From Escherichia coli (GTDB lineage: Bacteria > Pseudomonadota > Gammaproteobacteria > Enterobacterales > Enterobacteriaceae), in the NCBI RefSeq assembly GCF_003334315.1, contig NZ_QOWR01000006.1: a stretch of 64,000 bases of DNA; one strand, given 5' to 3'. The translations under genes were made by a program, and so were the position numbers. A model generated the notes under the pieces. The model had not been told where the DNA came from. It made no database searches and saw only the letters and a list, made by a program, of their open reading frames with translations. Of the stretch, positions 16,225 through 25,627 are shown in pieces. Positions within the stretch are counted from its first letter, which is position 1, and each line of letters starts with the position of its first letter.

Positions 16225-17493
16225 ATGATTATCAAACGCACTCCTCAAGCCGCGTCGCCTCTGGCTTCGTGGCTTTCTTATCTGGAAAACCTGCACAGTA
16301 AAACTATCGATCTCGGCCTTGAGCGCGTGAGCCTGGTCGCGGCGCGTCTTGGCGTCCTGAAACCAGCGCCATTTGTGTTTACCGTTGCGGGTACGAATGG
16401 CAAAGGTACCACCTGCCGTACGCTGGAGTCGATTCTGATGGCGGCAGGGTACAAAGTGGGCGTCTACAGTTCGCCTCATCTGGTGCGTTATACCGAGCGC
16501 GTACGTGTGCAGGGCCAGGAATTGCCGGAATCGGCCCACACCGCCTCTTTTGCGGAGATTGAATCGGCACGCGGTGATATTTCCCTGACCTATTTCGAGT
16601 ACGGTACGCTGTCGGCGTTGTGGCTGTTCAAGCAGGCACAACTTGACGTGGTGATTCTGGAAGTAGGGCTGGGCGGTCGTCTGGACGCAACCAATATTGT
16701 CGACGCCGATGTCGCGGTAGTAACCAGTATTGCGCTGGATCATACCGACTGGCTGGGTCCAGATCGCGAAAGTATTGGTCGCGAGAAAGCAGGCATCTTC
16801 CGCAGCGAAAAACCGGCAATTGTCGGTGAGCCGGAAATGCCTTCTACCATTGCTGATGTGGCGCAGGAAAAAGGTGCACTGTTACAACGTCGGGGCGTTG
16901 AGTGGAACTATTCCGTCACCGATCATGACTGGGCGTTTAGCGATGCTCACGGCACGCTGGAAAATCTGCCGTTGCCGCTTGTCCCGCAACCGAATGCCGC
17001 AACAGCGCTGGCGGCACTGCGTGCCAGCGGGCTGGAAGTCAGTGAAAATGCCATTCGCGACGGGATTGCCAGCGCAATTTTGCCGGGACGTTTCCAGATT
17101 GTGAGCGAGTCGCCACGCGTTATTTTTGATGTCGCGCATAATCCACATGCGGCGGAATATCTCACCGGGCGTATGAAAGCGCTACCGAAAAACGGGCGCG
17201 TGCTGGCGGTTATCGGTATGCTACATGATAAAGATATTGCCGGAACTCTGGCCTGGTTGAAAAGCGTGGTTGATGACTGGTATTGTGCGCCACTGGAAGG
17301 GCCGCGCGGTGCCACGGCAGAACAACTGCTTGAGCATTTGGGTAACGGCAAATCATTTGATAGCGTTGCGCAGGCATGGGATGCCGCAATGGCGGACGCT
17401 AAAGCGGAAGACACCGTGCTGGTGTGTGGTTCTTTCCACACGGTCGCACATGTCATGGAAGTGATTGACGCGAGGAGAAGCGGTGGCAAGTAA
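16225..17493 (+). CDS. folC: Dihydrofolate synthase / folylpolyglutamate synthase FolC, 422 aa
   Basis: P-loop VAGTNGKGTT; recognised sequence. Confidence 0.95.
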   Translation: MIIKRTPQAASPLASWLSYLENLHSKTIDLGLERVSLVAARLGVLKPAPFVFTVAGTNGKGTTCRTLESILMAAGYKVGVYSSPHLVRYTERVRVQGQELPESAHTASFAEIESARGDISLTYFEYGTLSALWLFKQAQLDVVILEVGLGGRLDATNIVDADVAVVTSIALDHTDWLGPDRESIGREKAGIFRSEKPAIVGEPEMPSTIADVAQEKGALLQRRGVEWNYSVTDHDWAFSDAHGTLENLPLPLVPQPNAATALAALRASGLEVSENAIRDGIASAILPGRFQIVSESPRVIFDVAHNPHAAEYLTGRMKALPKNGRVLAVIGMLHDKDIAGTLAWLKSVVDDWYCAPLEGPRGATAEQLLEHLGNGKSFDSVAQAWDAAMADAKAEDTVLVCGSFHTVAHVMEVIDARRSGGK

Positions 17494-18145
17494 GTTTCAG
17501 AATCGGTTAGTGGGCACGATCGTGCTGGTGGCGCTGGGGGTGATTGTACTTCCAGGGCTGCTGGACGGGCAGAAAAAACATTATCAGGATGAGTTCGCGG
17601 CTATCCCGCTGGTGCCGAAAGCGGGCGATCGTGATGAGCCTGATATGATGCCAGCCGCCACCCAGGCGTTACCGACGCAGCCGCCGGAAGGCGCAGCGGA
17701 AGAGGTGCGGGCAGGTGATGCCGCAGCACCGTCGCTCGATCCGGCCACTATTGCAGCCAATAACACCGAGTTTGAACCGGAACCTGCACCGGTCGCCCCA
17801 CCGAAGCCGAAACCGGTGGAGCCGCCTAAACCAAAGGTTGAAGCACCACCTGCGCCGAAGCCAGAACCGAAGCCGGTCGTGGAAGAAAAAGCTGCACCGA
17901 CGGGTAAAGCCTATGTTGTGCAACTGGGTGCGCTGAAAAATGCCGATAAAGTGAATGAGATTGTCGGTAAGCTGCGCGGTGCCGGTTATCGGGTTTATAC
18001 GTCGCCATCCACGCCAGTGCAGGGTAAAATTACCCGTATTCTGGTTGGGCCGGATGCCTCGAAAGATAAGCTGAAAGGTTCGCTGGGTGAGTTGAAGCAA
18101 CTTTCTGGCTTAAGTGGCGTGGTAATGGGCTATACGCCGAATTAA
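17483..18145 (+). CDS. dedD: Cell division protein DedD (SPOR domain), 220 aa
   Basis: ORF 17465..18145 trimmed to GTG at 17483 after GAGGAG; Pro/Lys-rich linker and C-terminal SPOR-like domain; overlaps folC 3' end. Confidence 0.85.
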   Translation: MASKFQNRLVGTIVLVALGVIVLPGLLDGQKKHYQDEFAAIPLVPKAGDRDEPDMMPAATQALPTQPPEGAAEEVRAGDAAAPSLDPATIAANNTEFEPEPAPVAPPKPKPVEPPKPKVEAPPAPKPEPKPVVEEKAAPTGKAYVVQLGALKNADKVNEIVGKLRGAGYRVYTSPSTPVQGKITRILVGPDASKDKLKGSLGELKQLSGLSGVVMGYTPN

Positions 18146-18154
18146 TACGGTCTT

Positions 18155-18238
18155 GCCTGATGCGACGCTGGCGCGTCTTATCAGGCCTACGCAGGGGTAG
18201 AACCGTAGGTCGGATAAGGCGTTTACGCCGCATCCGAC
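18155..18238. repeat. BIME: two inverted REP elements
   Basis: gcctgatgcgacgctggcgcgtcttatcaggcctac and gtaggtcggataaggcgtttacgccgcatccgac. Confidence 0.85.
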
Positions 18239-18331
18239 ACGCATTGCCCGATGCCGCAAAGGCATAAAAAGTCGATGGCGTTGAATATTTTTTCAGCGCC
18301 ATTTTTATTGATGCGCGGGAAGGAAATCCCT

Positions 18332-18347
18332 ACGCAAACGTTTTCTT
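18332..18347 (+). promoter_or_regulatory. PurR operator (PUR box) of the cvpA-purF operon
   Basis: acgcaaacgttttctt matches the PUR box core ACGCAAACGTTTNCNT; a -10-like tagaat follows at 18355-18360. Confidence 0.75.
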
Positions 18348-18403
18348 TTTCTGTTAGAATGCGCCCCGAACAGGATGACAGGGCGTAAAATCGTGGGACA
18401 CAT

Positions 18404-18892
18404 ATGGTCTGGATTGATTACGCCATAATCGCGGTGATTGCTTTTTCCTCTCTGGTTAGCCTGATCCGCGGCTTTGTTCGTGAAGCGTTATCGCTGGTGA
18501 CATGGGGTTGTGCTTTCTTTGTTGCCAGTCATTACTACACTTACCTGTCAGTCTGGTTTACGGGCTTTGAAGACGAACTGGTTCGAAATGGGATTGCCAT
18601 CGCGGTACTGTTTATCGCTACCCTGATCGTTGGTGCTATCGTGAACTTCGTGATAGGCCAGTTGGTGGAGAAAACGGGGTTGTCAGGCACCGATCGGGTG
18701 CTGGGCGTCTGTTTCGGTGCGTTGCGCGGTGTGTTGATTGTTGCTGCCATTCTCTTCTTTCTCGACTCCTTTACCGGGGTGTCGAAAAGCGAAGACTGGA
18801 GCAAATCACAGCTGATCCCGCAATTCAGTTTTATCATCAGATGGTTTTTTGATTATCTGCAAAGCTCGTCAAGTTTCTTGCCCAGAGCGTAA
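18404..18892 (+). CDS. cvpA: Colicin V production membrane protein CvpA, 162 aa
   Basis: Recognised sequence; multi-TM; immediately upstream of purF. Confidence 0.92.
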   Translation: MVWIDYAIIAVIAFSSLVSLIRGFVREALSLVTWGCAFFVASHYYTYLSVWFTGFEDELVRNGIAIAVLFIATLIVGAIVNFVIGQLVEKTGLSGTDRVLGVCFGALRGVLIVAAILFFLDSFTGVSKSEDWSKSQLIPQFSFIIRWFFDYLQSSSSFLPRA

Positions 18893-18928
18893 GTGCTCTG
18901 AGATGTGGCTTAACGAGGAAAAAGACGT

Positions 18929-20446
18929 ATGTGCGGTATTGTCGGTATCGCCGGTGTTATGCCGGTTAACCAGTCGATTTATGATGCCTTAACGGTGCTT
19001 CAGCATCGCGGTCAGGATGCCGCCGGCATCATCACCATAGATGCCAATAACTGCTTCCGTTTGCGTAAAGCGAACGGGCTGGTGAGCGATGTATTTGAAG
19101 CTCGCCATATGCAGCGTTTGCAGGGCAATATGGGCATTGGTCATGTGCGTTACCCCACGGCTGGCAGCTCCAGCGCCTCTGAAGCGCAGCCGTTTTACGT
19201 TAACTCCCCGTATGGCATTACGCTTGCCCACAACGGCAATCTGACCAACGCTCACGAGTTGCGTAAAAAACTGTTTGAAGAAAAACGCCGCCACATCAAC
19301 ACCACTTCCGACTCGGAAATTCTGCTTAATATCTTCGCCAGCGAGCTGGACAATTTCCGCCACTACCCGCTGGAAGCCGACAATATTTTCGCTGCCATTG
19401 CTGCCACAAACCGCTTAATCCGCGGCGCGTATGCCTGTGTGGCGATGATTATCGGCCACGGTATGGTTGCTTTCCGCGATCCAAACGGGATTCGTCCGCT
19501 GGTACTGGGAAAACGTGATATTGACGAGAACCGTACAGAATATATGGTCGCTTCCGAAAGCGTAGCGCTCGATACGCTGGGCTTTGATTTCCTGCGTGAC
19601 GTCGCGCCGGGCGAAGCGATTTACATCACTGAAGAAGGGCAGTTGTTTACCCGTCAATGTGCTGACAATCCGGTCAGCAATCCGTGCCTGTTTGAGTATG
19701 TATACTTTGCTCGCCCGGACTCGTTCATCGACAAAATTTCCGTTTACAGCGCGCGTGTGAATATGGGCACGAAACTGGGCGAGAAAATTGCCCGCGAATG
19801 GGAAGATCTGGATATCGACGTGGTGATCCCGATCCCAGAAACCTCGTGTGATATCGCGCTGGAAATTGCTCGTATTCTGGGCAAACCGTACCGCCAGGGC
19901 TTCGTTAAAAACCGCTATGTTGGCCGCACCTTTATCATGCCGGGCCAGCAGCTGCGTCGTAAGTCCGTGCGCCGTAAACTGAATGCCAACCGCGCCGAGT
20001 TCCGCGATAAAAACGTCCTGCTGGTCGACGACTCCATCGTCCGTGGCACCACTTCTGAGCAGATTATCGAGATGGCACGCGAAGCCGGAGCGAAGAAAGT
20101 GTACCTCGCTTCTGCGGCACCGGAAATTCGCTTCCCGAACGTTTATGGTATTGATATGCCGAGCGCCACGGAGCTAATCGCTCACGGTCGTGAAGTGGAT
20201 GAAATTCGCCAGATCATCGGTGCTGACGGGTTGATTTTCCAGGATCTGAACGATCTGATCGAAGCCGTCCGCGCGGAAAACCCGGATATTCAGCAGTTTG
20301 AATGCTCGGTATTCAACGGCGTCTACGTCACCAAAGACGTTGATCAGGGCTACCTCGATTTCCTCGATACGTTACGTAATGATGACGCCAAAGCAGTGCA
20401 ACGTCAGAACGAAGTGGAAAATCTCGAAATGCATAACGAAGGATGA
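18929..20446 (+). CDS. purF: Amidophosphoribosyltransferase PurF, 505 aa
   Basis: N-terminal nucleophile Cys (MCGIVGI); PRPP-binding [13 protein letters not shown]. Confidence 0.97.
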   Translation: MCGIVGIAGVMPVNQSIYDALTVLQHRGQDAAGIITIDANNCFRLRKANGLVSDVFEARHMQRLQGNMGIGHVRYPTAGSSSASEAQPFYVNSPYGITLAHNGNLTNAHELRKKLFEEKRRHINTTSDSEILLNIFASELDNFRHYPLEADNIFAAIAATNRLIRGAYACVAMIIGHGMVAFRDPNGIRPLVLGKRDIDENRTEYMVASESVALDTLGFDFLRDVAPGEAIYITEEGQLFTRQCADNPVSNPCLFEYVYFARPDSFIDKISVYSARVNMGTKLGEKIAREWEDLDIDVVIPIPETSCDIALEIARILGKPYRQGFVKNRYVGRTFIMPGQQLRRKSVRRKLNANRAEFRDKNVLLVDDSIVRGTTSEQIIEMAREAGAKKVYLASAAPEIRFPNVYGIDMPSATELIAHGREVDEIRQIIGADGLIFQDLNDLIEAVRAENPDIQQFECSVFNGVYVTKDVDQGYLDFLDTLRNDDAKAVQRQNEVENLEMHNEG

Positions 20447-20540
20447 TGCCTTCGCTGAGGGTGCCGGTCTGGCACCCTGACTTGCAACTCCCGCCGAAAT
20501 CCTGCAAAGTCTGCCTGCAAGTCTGACAGGGCAACTATTT

Positions 20541-21110
20541 ATGAAACGACTCATTGTAGGCATCAGCGGTGCCAGCGGCGCGATTTATGGCGTGCGCTTA
20601 TTACAGGTTCTGCGCGATGTCACAGATATCGAAACGCATCTGGTGATGAGCCAGGCAGCGCGCCAGACCTTATCCCTCGAAACGGATTTTTCTCTGCGCG
20701 AAGTGCAGGCATTAGCCGATGTCACGCACGATGCGCGCGATATTGCCGCCAGCATCTCTTCCGGTTCTTTCCAGACGCTGGGGATGGTGATTTTACCCTG
20801 TTCAATCAAAACCCTTTCCGGCATTGTCCATAGCTATACTGATGGCTTACTGACCCGTGCGGCAGATGTGGTGCTGAAAGAGCGTCGCCCGTTGGTGCTC
20901 TGCGTGCGTGAAACACCATTGCACTTAGGCCATCTGCGTTTAATGACTCAGGCGGCAGAAATCGGTGCGGTGATTATGCCTCCCGTTCCGGCGTTTTATC
21001 ATCGCCCGCAATCCCTTGATGATGTGATAAATCAGACGGTTAATCGTGTTCTTGACCAGTTTGCGATAACCCTTCCTGAAGATCTCTTTGCCCGCTGGCA
21101 GGGCGCATAA
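20541..21110 (+). CDS. ubiX: Flavin prenyltransferase UbiX, 189 aa
   Basis: GISGASGAIYG flavoprotein motif; recognised sequence. Confidence 0.95.
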   Translation: MKRLIVGISGASGAIYGVRLLQVLRDVTDIETHLVMSQAARQTLSLETDFSLREVQALADVTHDARDIAASISSGSFQTLGMVILPCSIKTLSGIVHSYTDGLLTRAADVVLKERRPLVLCVRETPLHLGHLRLMTQAAEIGAVIMPPVPAFYHRPQSLDDVINQTVNRVLDQFAITLPEDLFARWQGA

Positions 21111-21118
21111 CTCCGCTG

Positions 21119-21141
21119 TTGCCCTGTTTCAGGGCAATTTT
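21119..21141 (+). terminator. Intrinsic terminator downstream of ubiX
   Basis: Hairpin ttgccct-gtttc-agggcaa followed by tttt. Confidence 0.65.
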
Positions 21142-21291
21142 GCAACCGCGATCAAATCCTCGACATTTTGTTTCTGCCATTCAATCGAAACGCTGCGATT
21201 CAACCGCTATACCTGCTATCTTCAACTTCAGGACAATAATGCAACGTCTTATTAACATATTTAACGTTGAATGTTACTGTTGTCGTCAAGA

Positions 21292-21307
21292 TGGCATAAG
21301 ACCTGCA
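21292..21307 (+). promoter_or_regulatory. sigma54 (-24/-12) promoter candidate for argT
   Basis: tGGcat-aagac-ctGCa: GG and GC are spaced exactly as in the TGGCAC-N5-TTGCA consensus, ~70 bp upstream of the argT ATG; argT is a known Ntr-regulon gene. Confidence 0.65.
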
Positions 21308-21375
21308 TGAAAGAGCCTGCAAACACACAACACAATACACAACATAAAAAAGCCATTTTCACTTGAGGGTTATGT

Positions 21376-22158
21376 ATGAAGAAGTCGATTCTCGCTCTGT
21401 CTTTGTTAGTCGGTCTCTCCACAGCGGCTTCCAGCTATGCGGCGCTACCGGAGACGGTACGTATCGGAACCGATACCACCTACGCACCGTTCTCATCGAA
21501 AGATGCTAAAGGTGATTTTGTTGGCTTTGATATCGATCTCGGTAACGAGATGTGCAAACGGATGCAGGTGAAATGTACCTGGGTTGCCAGTGACTTTGAC
21601 GCGCTGATCCCCTCACTGAAAGCGAAAAAAATCGACGCTATTATTTCGTCGCTTTCCATTACCGATAAACGTCAGCAGGAGATTGCCTTCTCCGACAAGC
21701 TGTACGCCGCAGATTCTCGTTTGATTGCGGCCAAAGGTTCACCGATTCAGCCAACGCTGGATTCACTGAAAGGTAAACATGTTGGTGTGCTGCAGGGATC
21801 AACCCAGGAAGCTTACGCTAACGAGACCTGGCGTAGTAAAGGCGTGGATGTGGTGGCCTATGCCAACCAGGATTTGGTCTATTCCGATCTGGCTGCAGGA
21901 CGTCTGGATGCTGCGTTACAAGATGAAGTTGCTGCCAGCGAAGGATTCCTCAAGCAACCTGCTGGTAAAGATTTCGCCTTTGCTGGCTCATCAGTAAAAG
22001 ACAAAAAATACTTCGGTGATGGCACCGGTGTAGGGCTACGTAAAGATGATGCTGAACTGACGGCTGCCTTCAATAAGGCGCTTGGCGAGCTGCGTCAGGA
22101 CGGCACCTACGACAAGATGGCGAAAAAGTATTTCGACTTTAATGTCTACGGTGACTGA
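21376..22158 (+). CDS. argT: Lysine/arginine/ornithine-binding periplasmic protein ArgT, 260 aa
   Basis: Signal peptide plus recognised sequence; paralogue of the adjacent hisJ. Confidence 0.95.
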   Translation: MKKSILALSLLVGLSTAASSYAALPETVRIGTDTTYAPFSSKDAKGDFVGFDIDLGNEMCKRMQVKCTWVASDFDALIPSLKAKKIDAIISSLSITDKRQQEIAFSDKLYAADSRLIAAKGSPIQPTLDSLKGKHVGVLQGSTQEAYANETWRSKGVDVVAYANQDLVYSDLAAGRLDAALQDEVAASEGFLKQPAGKDFAFAGSSVKDKKYFGDGTGVGLRKDDAELTAAFNKALGELRQDGTYDKMAKKYFDFNVYGD

Positions 22159-22216
22159 TACGTCGCTGGGAAGCTGTACCTGATGGAATGATCATCATGG
22201 TGCACGCCAGGTTTGT

Positions 22217-22233
22217 TGCACTATCGTGGTGCA
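22217..22233 (+). promoter_or_regulatory. NtrC-like enhancer palindrome upstream of hisJ
   Basis: tgcactatcgtggtgca resembles the NtrC consensus TGCACCA-N3-TGGTGCA; lies ~100 bp upstream of a weak -24-like TGGCAC at 22315. Confidence 0.4.
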
Positions 22234-22378
22234 TTGAAATGCATACTTAAGCATTTTTAATGAAAAATAATACGTCTAACGGGGCGGGATATTTTGCCTT
22301 GATGGTCAATTTTATGGCACGATAAGTGTAACAAACCTGTAAATATTCCCTATAAAAAGACTGTCAGTTGAGGACATT

Positions 22379-23161
22379 ATGAAAAAACTGGTGCTATCGC
22401 TCTCTCTGGTTCTGGCCTTCTCCAGCGCAACTGCGGCATTTGCTGCGATTCCGCAAAACATCCGCATCGGTACCGACCCGACCTATGCGCCATTTGAATC
22501 AAAAAATTCACAAGGCGAACTGGTTGGCTTCGATATCGATCTGGCAAAGGAATTATGCAAACGCATCAATACGCAATGTACGTTTGTCGAAAATCCGCTG
22601 GATGCGTTAATCCCGTCCTTAAAAGCGAAGAAGATTGACGCCATCATGTCATCGCTTTCCATTACGGAAAAACGTCAGCAAGAAATAGCCTTCACCGACA
22701 AACTGTACGCTGCCGATTCTCGTTTGGTGGTGGCGAAAAATTCTGACATTCAGCCGACAGTCGAGTCGCTGAAAGGCAAACGGGTAGGCGTATTGCAGGG
22801 CACCACCCAGGAGACGTTCGGTAATGAACATTGGGCACCAAAAGGCATTGAAATCGTCTCGTATCAGGGGCAGGACAACATTTATTCTGACCTGACTGCC
22901 GGACGTATTGATGCCGCGTTCCAGGATGAGGTCGCCGCCAGCGAAGGTTTCCTCAAACAACCTGTCGGTAAAGATTACAAATTCGGTGGCCCGTCTGTTA
23001 AAGATGAAAAACTGTTTGGCGTAGGGACCGGCATGGGCCTGCGTAAAGAAGATAACGAACTGCGCGAAGCACTGAACAAAGCCTTTGCCGAAATGCGCGC
23101 TGACGGTACTTACGAGAAATTAGCGAAAAAGTACTTCGATTTTGATGTTTATGGTGGCTAA
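22379..23161 (+). CDS. hisJ: Histidine-binding periplasmic protein HisJ, 260 aa
   Basis: Signal peptide plus recognised sequence. Confidence 0.95.
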   Translation: MKKLVLSLSLVLAFSSATAAFAAIPQNIRIGTDPTYAPFESKNSQGELVGFDIDLAKELCKRINTQCTFVENPLDALIPSLKAKKIDAIMSSLSITEKRQQEIAFTDKLYAADSRLVVAKNSDIQPTVESLKGKRVGVLQGTTQETFGNEHWAPKGIEIVSYQGQDNIYSDLTAGRIDAAFQDEVAASEGFLKQPVGKDYKFGGPSVKDEKLFGVGTGMGLRKEDNELREALNKAFAEMRADGTYEKLAKKYFDFDVYGG

Positions 23162-23185
23162 TCGCCATCGGTGAAAGAAAGCCCG

Positions 23186-23209
23186 CTCCCTTCGGGTAAC
23201 CGGAGGGAG
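23186..23209 (+). other. Stable stem-loop in the hisJ-hisQ spacer
   Basis: ctcccttcgg-gtaa-ccggagggag: 10-bp stem with one G-U pair and no following U-tract, so not a classic terminator. Confidence 0.55.
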
Positions 23210-23250
23210 ACAAGAGGCGGTAATTCACCACACACGACAGGACAGGCAGC

Positions 23251-23937
23251 ATGTTGTATGGGTTTTCAGGTGTTATTTTACAGGGTGCGCTCGTCACGCT
23301 GGAGCTGGCTATCAGCTCTGTAGTGCTCGCTGTAATCATCGGTTTAATTGGCGCTGGCGGTAAGCTCTCGCAAAATCGGCTTTCGGGGCTGATTTTCGAA
23401 GGGTACACCACGCTGATTCGTGGCGTGCCGGACTTAGTGTTGATGCTGCTGATTTTCTACGGTTTGCAGATTGCGCTAAACACGGTGACGGAGGCGATGG
23501 GCGTCGGGCAGATTGATATCGATCCGATGGTCGCTGGTATTATCACTCTCGGTTTTATCTACGGTGCTTATTTTACCGAAACGTTCCGTGGTGCTTTTAT
23601 GGCAGTGCCGAAAGGACATATAGAGGCGGCGACGGCGTTCGGTTTTACTCGTGGGCAAGTGTTTCGGCGGATCATGTTTCCGGCGATGATGCGTTACGCC
23701 CTGCCAGGCATTGGCAACAACTGGCAGGTGATCCTCAAATCTACCGCACTGGTTTCGTTACTCGGCCTGGAAGATGTGGTCAAAGCCACCCAACTGGCAG
23801 GCAAAAGTACCTGGGAACCGTTCTATTTCGCCATCGTCTGTGGCGTGATTTACCTGGTTTTCACCACTGTTTCCAATGGTGTGCTGCTGTTCCTTGAGCG
23901 CCGCTACTCCGTGGGTGTGAAGAGGGCTGACCTGTGA
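23251..23937 (+). CDS. hisQ: Histidine/Lys/Arg/Orn ABC transporter permease HisQ, 228 aa
   Basis: Recognised sequence; multi-TM permease. Confidence 0.95.
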   Translation: MLYGFSGVILQGALVTLELAISSVVLAVIIGLIGAGGKLSQNRLSGLIFEGYTTLIRGVPDLVLMLLIFYGLQIALNTVTEAMGVGQIDIDPMVAGIITLGFIYGAYFTETFRGAFMAVPKGHIEAATAFGFTRGQVFRRIMFPAMMRYALPGIGNNWQVILKSTALVSLLGLEDVVKATQLAGKSTWEPFYFAIVCGVIYLVFTTVSNGVLLFLERRYSVGVKRADL

Positions 23938-24650
23938 TCGAAATCTTACATGAATACTGGAAACCGCTGCTGTGGACCGACGGTTATCGCTTTACTGGTG
24001 TGGCGATCACTCTGTGGCTGCTTATTTTGTCGGTAGTGATAGGCGGAGTCCTGGCGCTGTTTCTGGCGATTGGTCGTGTCTCCAGTAATAAATACATCCA
24101 GTTTCCAATCTGGTTATTTACCTATATTTTTCGCGGTACGCCGCTGTATGTTCAGTTGCTGGTGTTCTATTCCGGCATGTACACGCTTGAGATTGTTAAG
24201 GGAACCGAATTCCTTAACGCTTTCTTCCGCAGTGGCCTGAACTGTACCGTGCTGGCGCTGACGCTTAACACCTGCGCTTACACTACCGAGATTTTTGCTG
24301 GGGCAATCCGTTCGGTTCCGCATGGGGAAATTGAAGCCGCCAGAGCCTATGGCTTCTCGACTTTTAAAATGTATCGTTGCATTATTTTGCCTTCTGCGCT
24401 GCGTATTGCGTTACCGGCATACAGCAACGAAGTGATCCTGATGCTGCACTCTACTGCGCTGGCGTTTACGGCCACTGTGCCGGATCTGCTGAAAATAGCC
24501 CGCGATATTAACGCCGCCACGTATCAACCTTTTACCGCCTTCGGCATTGCCGCGGTGCTCTATTTAATCATCTCTTATGTCCTGATCAGCCTCTTTCGCA
24601 GAGCGGAAAAACGCTGGTTGCAGCATGTGAAACCTTCTTCAACGCACTGA
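23934..24650 (+). CDS. hisM: Histidine/Lys/Arg/Orn ABC transporter permease HisM, 238 aa
   Basis: GTG start overlapping the hisQ stop; recognised sequence. Confidence 0.95.
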   Translation: MIEILHEYWKPLLWTDGYRFTGVAITLWLLILSVVIGGVLALFLAIGRVSSNKYIQFPIWLFTYIFRGTPLYVQLLVFYSGMYTLEIVKGTEFLNAFFRSGLNCTVLALTLNTCAYTTEIFAGAIRSVPHGEIEAARAYGFSTFKMYRCIILPSALRIALPAYSNEVILMLHSTALAFTATVPDLLKIARDINAATYQPFTAFGIAAVLYLIISYVLISLFRRAEKRWLQHVKPSSTH

Positions 24651-24657
24651 GAATACG

Positions 24658-25431
24658 ATGTCCGAGAATAAATTAAACGTTATCGATTTGCACAAACGCT
24701 ACGGCAAACATGAAGTGCTGAAAGGGGTCTCACTGCAAGCGAATGCCGGAGATGTAATAAGCATCATCGGATCGTCGGGATCGGGGAAAAGTACCTTTCT
24801 GCGCTGCATTAACTTCCTCGAAAAACCGAGTGAAGGGTCGATCGTGGTCAATGGCCAGACGATCAATCTGGTGCGCGACAAAGACGGTCAACTCAAAGTC
24901 GCCGATAAAAATCAACTGCGCTTACTGCGCACACGCCTGACGATGGTATTCCAGCACTTCAATCTCTGGAGCCATATGACGGTGCTGGAAAACGTCATGG
25001 AAGCGCCGATTCAGGTGTTGGGCCTGAGCAAGCAGGAAGCGCGCGAGCGGGCGGTGAAGTATCTGGCAAATGTCGGGATAGACGAACGTGCGCAGGGGAA
25101 ATATCCGGTGCATCTTTCCGGCGGTCAGCAACAGCGTGTTTCTATCGCGCGGGCGCTGGCGATGGAACCGGAAGTTTTACTGTTTGATGAACCTACCTCG
25201 GCGCTCGATCCTGAACTGGTAGGCGAAGTGTTGCGTATTATGCAGCAACTGGCAGAAGAGGGGAAAACCATGGTGGTAGTGACTCACGAAATGGGCTTTG
25301 CTCGCCATGTTTCTACTCATGTCATTTTCCTCCATCAGGGGAAAATAGAAGAAGAGGGCGCGCCGGAGCAGTTATTTGGCAACCCGCAAAGCCCTCGTCT
25401 GCAACGGTTCCTTAAGGGATCGCTGAAATAA
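24658..25431 (+). CDS. hisP: Histidine/Lys/Arg/Orn ABC transporter ATPase HisP, 257 aa
   Basis: Walker [13 protein letters not shown] signature LSGGQQQRV, Walker [12 protein letters not shown]. Confidence 0.97.
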   Translation: MSENKLNVIDLHKRYGKHEVLKGVSLQANAGDVISIIGSSGSGKSTFLRCINFLEKPSEGSIVVNGQTINLVRDKDGQLKVADKNQLRLLRTRLTMVFQHFNLWSHMTVLENVMEAPIQVLGLSKQEARERAVKYLANVGIDERAQGKYPVHLSGGQQQRVSIARALAMEPEVLLFDEPTSALDPELVGEVLRIMQQLAEEGKTMVVVTHEMGFARHVSTHVIFLHQGKIEEEGAPEQLFGNPQSPRLQRFLKGSLK

Positions 25432-25437
25432 TTTCCT

Positions 25438-25467
25438 CTCCGGTGGCTAACGCTGCCGGAGTATTTT
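25438..25467 (+). terminator. Probable terminator downstream of hisP
   Basis: ctccgg...ccggag stem with a long loop, followed by tatttt; the structure is not ideal. Confidence 0.45.
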
Positions 25468-25627
25468 CATGGGGAATTTGCGAGTCAGCTTCCGCTGAAA
25501 TGTAAAAGTTACAGTCCGCTAAAAATACTTCTGAATTCGCTGTCCAAAGATAAAAACTGCCTGCTGCATTGGGTGTTAATCGTGGTTATTGTCGCGTCAT
25601 CTTAAATTTGAGGGGTGACGGAACGCC

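Noticed and set aside
21119-21310. 63-aa + strand ORF between ubiX and argT.
   Set aside because: It overlaps the ubiX terminator and the argT sigma54 promoter and has no RBS; the region is better explained as regulatory DNA.
22315-22330. TGGCAC-gataa-gtgta as a definite sigma54 promoter for hisJ.
   Set aside because: The -12 element lacks the conserved GC dinucleotide; retained only as a low-confidence possibility in the findings.
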